Shown one piece after another: positions 1 to 12,500 of a stretch of 64,000 bases of DNA (position 1 is the first letter of the stretch; each line of letters opens with the position of its first letter). The stretch lies in NCBI RefSeq assembly GCF_035594765.1, contig NC_085845.1:18532024-18596023 (forward strand). The letters are read 5' to 3'. The position numbers were made by a program, and so were the translations under genes. The DNA comes from Anolis carolinensis (Eukaryota). The notes under the pieces were generated by a model. It was not told where the DNA came from. It made no database searches and worked only from the letters and a program-made list of their open reading frames with translations.

Positions 1-1371
1 AGCCCAGCAATTAAAAGGCAATAAAAGAAGTTATACCTGGCTAATATGAGTTACTCATCTCCTCCCCAAGCAGTGAAAACTTCAGGGACACTGCAACATA
101 GTTTAATTATTTACTATTAAATTTAATAGTTACAGTTAAGCTGAGAAGCTGACTGTGCCTTACAAATAGGAGTATAATCTCTGTTTTATTTTATCCTCCG
201 ACATAGCAATTAATTTTGATAGTTTTCTCTGCAATGGGCAAGATGACAAGATTACAGCTTTTAATGGTTTTAAGTGATGTTAGCTATTTGTTTTAATTGT
301 TCTCGGATTTATTCTATTTTAATATTTATATGTTGTGTAGGTTTTACATCATAATTTGTACCATGCTGTGAGCCACTTAGAGTCTCATTTAACGGAAGAA
401 AGTGGGATGATTATTGTGATGGTAATAATAATGATAACAATAGAAGTATTTTGTCCATTTTTCAGTGATTTTGTGTACTTCAATATTTTTGATTGTTTTG
501 TTTTACAAAAACTTGTAATTTGCACATTAAACAAGTTGGAAAACAATTTATTTTGTGCAAATCACACTGCTGCCTGTACAGAAATGTTCATTGGAGGAAG
601 GGTGAGGACCTCATCACATTAGGAAATAATCTGTTTCTATCAATATGCATCCCGTAGTTTTTTCTGATTGAATGCAGACAGGATGCCTACTGACCCCACC
701 ACACGCAAATACGATTCTTACTTTCATAAAATGTTGCGTTTCATCCCATCACACCAGGGAAGACTGGCTCTTCCCAATCTGTTCAAAAACTCCCTATGTG
801 ACCTTTAAAAAAATCTTTCTAAATCTGCGCAGTGACGTACCCTCCAAGTCCCGAACTACTGCTCTCACAAGATTTGAAAATGTATTCACATCTCTGCAGT
901 AAATGCATTTATCTGATCACTACCTTTTGACACAAAATATGGAGTTATGAGGAATCTAATTTTATGGAGGAAGAAATTGTGCAGATTTCCTAATGTGACG
1001 AGGTCCTTAGACAGCTGCCTCAATCAGCAAGTTTGGACTCTGTTGCAAACCAACAAGAAATCGTTGTAATTTTATTTATGGTATAAGTTCCATATTCACA
1101 TAGATATGTTCTTGAACTTGTGAATACAGGACACTTATGGTAAGCTAATAGCAAATCCTATTGAAATGGTTCCTGATGGAAGTGACCCTGGAGGATCGAG
1201 AAAATTCCTAGAGATGAATTTGTTACCAGAGCCAGAGGTAACATGGACAGAACACAAATGGGTTCCTATACCACCAAAGAAAAGCATGAGACTGGTTCAA
1301 CATATTTCAGCAGATGTTTGATTCAAAACTGATTACGGTACATGCGTATTTAAAACAAAACAACCAACTCA

Positions 1372-1376
<5 letters not shown>

Positions 1377-1431
<55 letters not shown>
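1377..1431. repeat. (TAA)n microsatellite, likely a LINE tail
   Basis: Directly visible; similar tracts at 15182-15228 and 16188-16232. Confidence 0.95.
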
Positions 1432-1432
<1 letters not shown>

Positions 1433-2577
1433 TATTTCTAACCCAGACCTCTCTCCCCGGAGGGACTCAGGGTGGCTTTCTAAACTTTGCCTAAGCAAAC
1501 AAAAACATTTTGAAACTGCTTAGGAACATTTGCAACCCTTTCCCAAAATGCATTCAGGGATGAATTTCCTTTCCATGAGATTTGGCTTTTTTCATGATAT
1601 CAATATCTTTTAGAAATACTGTTAAGAAAAGAGAAATTGCTATGAGATTATTTGGGCATTTTAGTAAGTGTTTGTGGGGAAAGATATTTACACAAAAATA
1701 TAGCATTTGTACACACACACATATAACAAATTTGCACATAAATTATTAGATCCCTTCTTCAGCCAAAGACGTATGTAAAGTAAGCAAAGACTGGAGTCTT
1801 GTCATCATGTTGTCTACATGTTGCATCAGGTTGTTAAGGGAGGATGAAATTTCATGACGTGATAAGATAATATGAAGCATGGATCTGTACGTGACAGGAT
1901 ATCAATTCCTCCCACACAAGATTTTTGCCATTTGCTTTTTGGTATTTATTTTGGAAACAGACAACTATTTAGATGGAGGGATTTTGAACAATATTAGAAA
2001 CCTCAGAATAGTTTAAGGAAAAAAGAAGACAAGCAAAGTCGGGTGGATCTATGAAATTAGCTGCCCTAGTTACATCAGTTTTCTATCCACCAAGTCAGTG
2101 GTTAAAAGGTCAAGGCTGGTGCCATTTCTGATGAAAGCAGGTGTCTAGCTTTCTAAGTTTACATTTCAAGAAACATGATCTGTCTCATTAAATTAAGTGA
2201 GACTTAATTCTAAATGAACAGGTTAAACATTTGGTTACAATTACATGGTAGATCATGATGTGTATTATAAACCATAAATCACTAATGAAGAGTACAGATG
2301 TTTAGCCCAAGCTTGAAGGAATACTAGTAGGAAAGTAAAATCTCAAAATTATATTATCATTTCAAAGTGAACTGAGATTGATTAGGCAAGGAAGGAAGAA
2401 CAAAAAAGGGTTCCTCTCCGCCAGATAGATTTGAGGCAAAAAATAGCCCGAGACAATGAGTCTGCTGTTCAATGACAAAATGCTAACAGATGACAATGAA
2501 AAAGCAGAACTATGGTACTTAATGCCTGTTTTGCTGTATACATCCATACAGAACCAGAGACCTTAGCAAGTAATCTG

Positions 2578-2725
2578 GGGCCCCTTCCCCAGTTGAATAA
2601 AATCCCACATTATTGGCTTTGAACTAGAATATATGGCAGTATAGACTCAGATAACCCCGTTCAAAGCAGATATTGTGGGATTTTCTGCCTTGATATTCTG
2701 GATTATATGGTTGTATGGAAGAGCT
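2578..2725. mobile_element. Palindromic MITE (GGCCCCTTCCACAC...GTGTGGAAGGGCC family, possibly Harbinger)
   Basis: Related copies at about 12741-12890, 44765-45030, 55753-55901, 59706-59841 and 60006-60075. Confidence 0.65.
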
Positions 2726-3784
2726 CTGGGTTGCAAATTGAAATTGATAGGGATTTGCCTAACATAAACAACTTCATATCTTCAGGGAAGGACATACTAC
2801 ATAAAAATATTAGAACAGGCTATACAGATCATGCCATGATCAGTGGGACATAGTATCGGGTTAAGGACAGTTCCTGTCAAAATAATTCAATCAGGTTACC
2901 AGTTACTAGAATGCTGAGGATATCATTTATCTGTACTTCAACCAAACACTTTATAGGTTTCCTCATAATATTTGATTAGCAAACTTATTAAATGTGGAAT
3001 GTGTGGAAAAACTGTCAGACAGATCCACAGCTGATTGAAAAATGGCACTTGAGAAGCTGGCATCAAACTGTGCCTCACCAAACTACAAATCCCAAAATTC
3101 AATAGGATGGAGGTATGGCCATTAAAGTGGAATCATAGTACATAGAGTGTGAAAGGGCAATATGAGGCAGGTCCCTGGAGTAATTTATGCAATCTACTGC
3201 AAAGCAAAGCAAAACAGACAGGAGGAACTGGTCTGTGATTTGTGCCAAGCAAGAGCAGTTCCAAAAGTAATCAATATCCTCTGAAGTTTAATTCTCACCC
3301 CTCATTTCATCATTCAAAATCTGGCTCTTGAATAAGCAGATACCAACAATTTAGATCTGCACTGCCCTCTACTGGAATAAAATGATGCTCCAGTTTATAG
3401 AAATAGTGGTTTCTAACCTTTGGGGGTTCATAAACCTATGGGAATCTAACCTACACTTGGGGGGGGGGGGGGTTGGGGGTGATTTTTTCTTCATAGCCCT
3501 CCTAAGTTTTCACAGGATTTCTTCTTCCTTTTTATACCAGAAGAAGCCCATTAAGAAAAAAATTGATTAACTGTACAATGCCTGTTGAGCATTATAAAAA
3601 GGTGGGAAGGGAGAGGGAGAAAAGCAATATAGCAACAAATTTAAGACTGACTGGTTTTTATTTTAGCACTAACCTTTGTGGATGTAAACAGAGTTCTTCC
3701 AATTTATTTATTTATCATGTCAGAAGCAAAATGAGAATACTGCTATAATGTATAAAACACCACAAGCAAAGTTAAAAACTTGGC

Positions 3785-4410
3785 ATTATAATAAATGTCC
3801 TTTGACCAGAATCTGGCCAGTTCGAGTGCCCCTGGTGTTACTGTAAAAAGGTCCCCCATAGTGCATGTGGCAGGCCTCAGACTGCCTTATAGTAAGTGGT
3901 CTGTGGTTTACTCTTCTCCAAACTCGTGGACTCCACTTTATAGCCCCGGTTCTTAAGATTTGTCTTAAGATCTTGTAAATCGCATAGAGCATCGTGGATG
4001 GAGGGCGATTAATAAGTAATTAAATGATGATGATGATGATGATGATTGATGCTAGAGCGCAGTCTATTCTGCCCCTTCCAAATCGCCCAGTCTTCTGTGA
4101 GCCCAGGAGGGAGTTTCTCATTTGGTATCAGCCACTGATTGAGGTTCCGGGTTTTAAAGTGCCACTTTTGGACTCTCGCTTGCTGAGGTGTTCCTGCAAG
4201 TATCTCTGTAGCTCTTAGGAAGCTGTTTCTTGATTTAGGTCGTTGGCATGCTGGCTGATATCGGAACAGAGGATGGGCCGGAGATGTCACTGCTTTGGTC
4301 TTTTCATTGCTGGCTATTACTTCCCGGCAGATATCAGGTAGTGCAATACCAGCTAAACAGTATAATTTCTCCAGCGGTGTTGGGCATAGACATCTTGTGT
4401 CTTCAGATGC
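3785..4410 (-). mobile_element. Vingi-type non-LTR retrotransposon 3' fragment
   Basis: ORF remnant ...LYCLAGIALPDICRE...HPLF...WK..NRLRS; interrupted near 3960-4050 by a short LINE-tail/(TGA)n insert; second copy at 46894. Confidence 0.7.
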
Positions 4411-4924
4411 GAGTGGTATTGAGGCCTCAAGTATAAAGCAAATTAATCTAGTTGCGGCAATGGAACAGAACGGAACAGGATCCAAAATGATGCAAATAAT
4501 GTCTCTTGCACTAAATTTTCAAAGGGCTGGGTGCTGTGATACAGGACTTTCATATATTTACAGATGTTACTTAGCACATGTGTGAAGGCAACAAATCTGC
4601 TTGCCAAAAGTCAGTTTCTTTTGTTAGGTATATTAAGAGCCCTTTATCAGAGGGATTCCCCAGCCAAGGGAGCCCAGATCCTAGCTGTACCAATTTTCAG
4701 CCAATCAGAGGCCGGGGTGGTTATTCTGAATAGATGTCAAAGTGAATATGCTCTGTATTTTCCAGTGTTTTACATCAGTACTTTGAGAACTAGCTCTGCT
4801 GATATCCTCTTTGGCCATTGAGAATTAAAGTCTTTTACTTTTGCCTTCACACCCACCTGTGCTTCTTTCGACCATAGCTGCTTAGAACTCCAGGCTTCCT
4901 AACCCCACAATTTATGGGAGCTGA

Positions 4925-5310
4925 AATCACCTAACATAATCATGGCCTTGCTGCTTTATTTTTCCTGATAATGCCACAAATCTTCATTACTGTTTTAGGA
5001 CCATTTATAACTTGTCCTTGATACTCTGTAATCTTTGGTAAATTCTGCTTAGATAAATATTTATCTGCTTTCACCAAGGTGATTTCTTGGTATGTATATA
5101 ATGATGAATAATATTGTTGGAACACCTTTTGTATATTTGCATTGTCTGATATTACAACATTTCAGTCTTCTAATTGTAATATCACCTTCTTTTCCTTTTC
5201 TTTTCAAGGTTTATAAGGCAACCATCGTTGCTGTTTATTTGCAAATTCAATTTTGTTTTGCTTTACATAATTCATCTTAATTTTCATCACCCTCAATATT
5301 AGCATAGATA
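4925..5310 (-). mobile_element. Degenerate L1 ORF2 fragment
   Basis: FQQYYSSLY...LPKITEYQ...NGP resembles the L1 ORF2 segment preceding the RT. Confidence 0.55.
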
Positions 5311-8120
5311 ACTTTGAATATGTTTTTTTATTTTTAACTGTGATTTTTTTAGTGTTGTTTGTGTTCAATTGTTTTAATGTTTGTATGTTTGTATATTTTA
5401 AATTGTATACTAATACTTTTATGTCAAGTCACTTTGAGTCCCCTTTGGAGAGATAAAGCAGGGTATAAATAAATATAATAAATTAATAAATAAAACCACC
5501 TTTTTAAAATCCTAGTGTTTCATCATAATTGTATTTGACAGAAACTTCACTGACTGTCGAAGGCTTTCATCGCCGGAATCACTTCGCAAAATGTCAAGAG
5601 ATAATGCTTCTGGAACATGGCCATACAGCCCAGAAAACTCAAAACAACCCACTTTCCTGATTCTTCATCCTTCCTTTTTATCTCATGACCATCCAGAATC
5701 TAATTAATGTTCTCTTGTTATGTTTTTCTAAGTTCTGGTAGATGAATGATGAATAGAGCACCCTCTAGTAAAAGCTTCACTCATATCCAAAACTCTTCTA
5801 ACATCTGCATCTTTATTCAAATTATCCTTAAAAATTGTTTTTGCAGCCTTCCGCCACTTTATCATTATGTAGCAATGATTCGTTCTGACTGCAACTAAAA
5901 GTATTTTTCTTCTTCTTGAAACCAAATGCTTCAAGGATTATCATTATTAAAAGTATTTGGAAATATTTCCATTTTAACAGACATGGCTGAATGCTATGAA
6001 ACCCAGGATAGTTTTTCGTTTTATTTGCCAACGGGTGTTAATGCCTCACCATAACTCCCAGGATTCCATCGCATTGATTCTACATTGTAAATGCATCCAC
6101 TATCTGGGGATCATCTCTGAGATCTCCTTATGTGGGGAATCGTCTGGTTTTGCTGTGGTTGAACTGCAACTCCTAGCAGTCCTAGCCAGCATAGACTTCA
6201 ATGAAAAACACTGGGAATTGCAGTACAATAGCATTTTGAGGTCCTCAACACTCCTATATCTGATTTGAAGCAGGAATAGGACTGGTGTGCCCCCACAAAT
6301 CTTGTTGGACTGCAAATCCCAGCATTCATATGCTGTGTTGGCTAGAGCTGATGGAAGATGCGATTACACAATATCTGGAGGATGACAGTTCAACTTCTCA
6401 CCATTATAACGAGTTAATTACATGTTAATTACTTGTGTTCCCAATTCTCATCTAGAATCCCTTTAGGTTAAATTGTCACAGTTAGCAGGGCAGCACACTT
6501 GTTCCAATTTATACATCTATTTGCATTACAGTGGCAAGATCCGAGTTGTATTGCATCAGGCACTGCCCTAAGTGATATATAATCCGCCTTGCCTTGTGAT
6601 GGCTGCAATCTAAAGACTAGATTGGGTAAAGAGTTCATGCAAAAGTTCAGAGACAATTTGGGAGGGCTATGTGATTCCCTTTCCTGCTCTAAAGAAAATC
6701 AACAGAAAGAACAGGACTTTACCTTGGAATCAACCTTACCAACCTGGCAGTGCTTTAAGACTGCAGGAAGGAGGCATTGATACCTGAACCAGTTCTGGAA
6801 AGAAGGAGGAAAGATTAGAGACAAAATACCCTTGAATTTCTTCCATCACTAGGGTTGGTGTCACCCAGCGTGGTAACAAATGGTGTCTACCCCTTGTCCT
6901 CCACAAAATACTACAATATTGCAGCTAAAATACTTGAAAATTTGACAAAATCAACCACTTTTTTTTAAAAAGCAACTAAAACAACAGCATGTGCTTATAG
7001 TGCATGTAGACAAAACCATGTGATTCAAAACATTTTTAATTAAGTAGTCTCAGTGCAGTTTGTATCCCACATACCCCACTAGTGATGCCACTGTGCCTTC
7101 AAGTCCTTTCCAACTTATGATGGCCTAAAATCACAGGATTCATCTTTGCCTTTCTCTGAGGATGAGGGAGCGTGACCTGCCCAAAACCAGTGGTTTTCTA
7201 TGGCGGGGCAGGAAATTCATACTCAGTGCTCAAACCACTACACCAAGCTGGGTCTTGGAGGATGTCCCTAAGAGAGACACGTTACAGTTTTAATGGCAAG
7301 ATTTGTTCAGGAGGGGTTTGCCATTGCTTTCCTCAGAAGCTGAGAGAGTGTGACTTGCCTAAGGTCACTCAGTGGGTTCCTATGACTGAGGAGGAAAATT
7401 GACCCTTGGTCTCCAGAGTCATACTCCAACATCCAAATCACTATACCATGCTGCCTTTTGAAGGGCAATTCTAAGTGGCTTTATTGGAAAGCTTTATTCA
7501 GAAGGGGCTTGCCACTTCTTTCCTCAGAAGCTGAGAGAGTATGACTTGCTTAAAGTCACCAAGTTGGTTACCACTTGGCTGGAAAGAACATAGAAAGTGG
7601 GGAGTTAAAAATGGTTTGAATATCCAGCGGACTTCATGCTTCAGGATTACATCTTGGAAAGGAGAACCAAATCCACATTAGGCCGAAACAGGGATCTGAA
7701 ATGGAGAAGATTGATAAAGATTGAAAAGAAAAATATGAAGAATGGAACCATACTCTCCTACATTTGATTAATTAAAATAATATTTGAATAAAAGAAAGTA
7801 CTGTTCTTGGAGTGTCGGGGGAGAGGCAGGAGGGGAGTAATATGGATAGACACAGGTCGGAGATAAATGTGGAATTGGCATTGTTAAGAAAATTAAGAAA
7901 ACAACATTCTGCATGTATTTTGAAAGGGTGACTGATTTTGATATTATTCTACCCATGTTAAAAACAAAACCATTAACACAAAAAGAAAGAAATGTTCTCT
8001 CTTGGAATATTTAGATCCTCCAACATCACTTTGTGGTCAACATCTGCAAGTCATTGACTATAAAGTCATGTTGAGGGACCTGGGGATTTATAGAGATGAA
8101 ATATTAATCAACTCTACAAA

Positions 8121-9122
8121 ATGTGTTGTCAAAGGCTTTCATGGCCGGAATCATTGCTGTGAGTTTTCCAGGCTGTATGGCCATGTTCCAGAAGCATTCT
8201 CTCCTGTCATTTCACCCACACCTATGGCAGGCATCCTCTGAGGTTGTGAGGTATATTGGAAACTAGGTCAGTGAGGTTTATATATCTATGGAAGGTCCAG
8301 CGTGGGAGAAAGAACTCTTGTCTACTGGAGGCAAGTGTGAATGGTGCAATTAATCACCTTGATTAGCATCAAAAAGCCTTGCAGCTTCAAAACCTGTCTG
8401 ATTCCTGTCTGGGGGAATCCTTCTTTGGGAGGTGTTAGCTGGCCCTGATTGTTTCATGTCTGGAATTCCCGTTTTCAGAGTATTCTTTATTTACTGTCAT
8501 GATTTAAGAGTTTGTTTTAAATAATACTAGCCATATTTTGTTCATTTTCATGGTTTCTTCGATTCTGTTGAAATTGTCCACATGCTTGTGGATTTCAGTG
8601 GCTTCTCTGTGAAGTCTGGCATGGTGGTTGTCAGAGTGGTCCAGCATTTCTGTGTTCTCAAATAATATGCTGTGTCCAGGTTGGTTCATCACGTGCTCTG
8701 CTATGGTTGACTTCTCTGGTTGAATTAGTCTGCAGTGCCTTTCATGTTCCTTGATCCGTGTTTGGACAATGCTGCTGTGTTTGGTGGTCCCTCTTGTAGA
8801 CTTGTCCACAGCTGCATGGTTTATGGTAGACTCCTGCAGGGGTGAGAGGATCCCTCTTGTCCTCCTCTGAACTGTAGCATTTGTTGGATTTTCTTAGTGG
8901 GTCTGTATAGTTTATAGCTTGTGTTTCTTCATCAGCTTCCCTATGCGGTCAGTGGTTCCCTTGATGTTGGGTAAGAACACTTTTCCTTTGGGTGGATCTT
9001 TGTCTTGACTCTCCTGGCTTGTTCTTGGTCTCGCAGCTCTTCTGAGGTCTGTGGTGGAGTCTCCATTGGCCTGTAGGGCCCAGTTTAGGTGGTTCAGTTC
9101 ACCGTGGAGGAGATGGGGTTTT
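8121..9122 (-). mobile_element. Penelope-like element 3' fragment (GIY-YIG endonuclease remnant + pLTR)
   Basis: TRIKEHERHCRL..PEKS..AEH...REA.EI GIY-YIG motifs (8504-8809); homologous copy at 63083-64000. Confidence 0.88.
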
Positions 9123-9320
9123 GATTCTATGAAACTGGCAGCCTCCGATGTGGGCAGGGCTGCTGGGAGGGGCGGTGCTCCCTCTGGGCTTGTACATGAA
9201 GGCCCAAATGGGAGGCCAAGGGGTGCTTCCTTAGGAGGAAGGAGGAAAGGTCCTGCAAAGGAGGTGCAACGCGGATTAGACCCGGGACAAGAGAGAGGGG
9301 CTCATTTGCGGGGCGAGAGG

Positions 9321-9573
9321 ATGCTGTACTGCTGGGGCGAAGGCTCTGCTGGGCAGCTGGGGCTGGGGAAAGGGGAGGGGGTCTCGGGGCCGGTGCCTTT
9401 CCGACCAGGACCCCGAGCTCCGGCGGACCAAGCGGTGGTGCTGGTGGCTTGCGGGGAGCGGCACACGCTGCTGTTGCGCGATGATGGCGGGGTGGCCTCT
9501 TGCGGAGACAACAGCCGGGGACAGCTGGGCAGGAGGCTCCCTTCGGGGCAGGAGAAGCGCTCCTACGGCCCAG
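9321..9573 (+). CDS. HERC6: HERC6 exon 1 (RCC1 repeats)
   Basis: ATG in a GC-rich region; [16 protein letters not shown]...[13 protein letters not shown]; donor CAG|GTAAG. Confidence 0.9.
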
Positions 9574-12500
9574 GTAAGCCTTTTAATAGCTAATTAGTAG
9601 CTATGGGGGTTATTTGAAGGCTAGGTCAATGCATTGAGGTTGAAAAATACATGTTAAACTGTGTTGTCGAAGGCTTTCATGGCCGGGATCACAGGGTTGT
9701 TGTGTGTTTTCTGGGCTGTATGGCCATGTTCCAGAAGTATTCTCTCCTGACGTTTCGCCCACATCTATGGCAGGCATCCTCTGGGGATGCCTGGCATAGA
9801 TGTGGGCGAAACGTCAGGAGAGAATACTTCTGGAACATAGCCATACAGCCCAGAAAACACACAACAACTACATGTTAAACTCCATGCTATGGAATTAACG
9901 GGGCCAATTCCCGGGAAAGCGTTACTTCCAGGCCAAGGGCTCAAGACACTCTCTTCCTCCCTATGTACAGAGTGTCCCCAAAATATGTATACACCCGTTA
10001 ACCTTGAATACTGGCCATGGGGATTATCTGAAGGCTAAGGAAACGCACTTCCATTGAAGAAAACATATTATAATAGTGATTTAATCCGAATTACAAATGC
10101 CATCTGAAAGTATAGTTTTATGGCAGATGTTGAAATGGTCGTTATCCCTTTAGTACAGCAGTGCAGACCTCTCTCTGGCAAAGTTTCTCTTGGAATTTCA
10201 ACACACTTCTCCACTTTTGGGATTTTTGATATTTTTTACAATGTTAAAAGTAATAATAATTCAGAATGAGAACAAGTTGTATACAGTGTATATCTAAGAG
10301 CACTACAAGATCCACCCTGCCCATGTCTTCAGTTTCTATTCTGCAATAGCTTGTCTGGAGGACAATAATGTCTCTGGCCATATGTGTTTCTGAATGCACA
10401 GGTTTCAGTGTTGGCTTCTTTTCAAGGAAACATGCAGGCTGCATTTGCCATCCTTAGGTCTTGGCGTAGTTCCTTTGGGAGAGCTGCAGTTCCCAGAATC
10501 CCCACTCCGTCAGCCATGGCTTTCCTCTCAAAACTGGGAGTTGAAATGGCTTCAACAATGAAAATAAATGGCATGAGGCATACGTTTTGGTGGATTGCAA
10601 ACCCTCCCCCCAAATGCAAAGGCATGAGATGTGGTTTGTGTGTGAGAGAGAAGCAGATGTAACAGAATTACAAAAAAACACAGCATTATGCGGCAAGACT
10701 CTGCTGTCTCTGAAAGGGGTTTTCACCCTGCCTTTTCCTGAGTGCATGAACTCTGGAAAGCCTTTTCTGGGTTTCGGTTTCCGCTCACAGTTGAGATCAG
10801 TCCGGACTCCCTGTTCCCAAAGATGAGTCACTCCTGAAACAGTTTCAGTTTCCTTTCCTTCCCTTCTCAGGCCGTGCTTGTGCTGATAGCTGAAGACTCC
10901 TCCCTTTCTTTGAGGGGAATCCTTTCCTTCTGTTCCTGGATCCTGTGCAAACTTTGGAGGGAGGGGAGGAAAACAGCAAAGGCAGCTGGCTCGCCAAGAT
11001 TGCCCAGCCTCTGCTAACATCTTTGGACAGGAAGGCACATATATGCCTTCAAGTCACCAGTCCACTTAGGGCCACCCCAAGAATTTCATAAGGAATAGAG
11101 GTAGCTTTGCCAGTTCTTCCTCTGCACCTGATATCCATTGGCAGTCTCCCGTCTGACTACTAACCAGGAATGAACCCGATTAGCTTCTCCCTCCACTGGA
11201 TTTCCCCCTCCAAAATCATAGAGTCTAGAATAGTGGTTCCCAACCCTTTTTTGACCAGGGACCACTTTGACCAGGGACCACCCTCCAACATCAATACCAA
11301 AAGGGTTACAAATAGGTTTTTGGTCAACGTTAGATTCAGTTTGGTTATTTGGGGTGCTGATTCAGAAAATTGAATTGGATAGACCACATTGGATAGACCT
11401 TGGTAGTCACCATCTGCTTGCCCACAAAAAAACCATATTTAATCATCTAGAGCTGATGTGGTCTATCCAATGCAATTTTCTGAATCAGCATCCCAGATAA
11501 CCCCAGGAACAGGCCTAGTGGGTAGTTAGCCTCTCCCCTCCTGACATCCTGACATCCTGGTTGCCTTGGCACTCTAAGAGGGTTTTGTGAGACCAGTCGC
11601 TCCCAGTCACTCTCGTTGCAACAGTATAGTAATGGTGAGTCCACAGACCATATTTTAGTTCTTGGGAACCACTGGTGGTCCACAGGTTGGGAACCACTGG
11701 TCTAGGAACACCTTCTCAAAGAGCAACCAAATTCTGATTATTTTTGCACTGCAGTACCATTGTTGTATAACATAATAATAATAATAACAACAACAACAAC
11801 AACTGCAAAAGGCCACCCTACTGGGATCTGCATGCATCATCCGAAAATACATCACACAGTCCTAGACGCTTGGGAAGTGTTCGACTTGTGATTTTGTGAT
11901 ACGAAATCCAGCATATCTATCTTGTTTGCTGTGTCATACAATGTTGTTGTGTCAATAATAATAATGATAATCACAACTTGATTTTTATACCCCACCTCCA
12001 TCTCCCTGAAGGGACTTGGGGAGTCTTTCAAATCTTTCTAATGATCATGGTTTATGAATTAATACCTTGTATCTGTCTTTACTTTCTTCTTATAAGAGCT
12101 AATCCAAGCATTGGAAACACAAAAAGTTGTCCATGTAAGCTGTGGAAAGGAGCACTCGCTGGCTGTTTGCAACAAAGGAAGGGTCTATTCATGGGGAGCT
12201 GGTACTTTTGGACAGCTGGGCACTGGTGAATTGGGAGACCGTTTAATTCCAAAGTAAGTGGCTAATAATCCGAAATGAAATCTTAAATATTATTTTGATA
12301 TTTTAAATAAGATATTGTGCCAAAAAAAACCTGTGTTAATGACAGGCCTTGATCAAACATTAAGTCCAAAACTTGGGATACATACAGATTTTATATTTCT
12401 TCAAAGTTGTTTTGTAAAATATCACTAATTCTGTATCTTGAGAGCTAGTGGGGTTTTTTCTCTTCCATTCTAAAATCCTAACAGTTTTATTCTTTCATAT

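Noticed and set aside
4535-4909. Possible LTR (TG...CA, CCAAT, ATTAAA)
   Set aside because: No target-site duplication found and boundaries not supportable
1-8100. Exons of an upstream gene (PPM1K expected by synteny) or a non-coding HERC6 exon
   Set aside because: No recognisable coding motifs or CpG island; short ORFs are repeat-derived or random
9051-9320. N-terminal extension of the HERC6 exon 1 ORF
   Set aside because: Starts at GTG inside an antisense Penelope remnant; homology begins at ATG 9321
10490-10498. GAS-like TTCCCAGAA
   Set aside because: This word recurs inside common MITE remnants, so it carries little information
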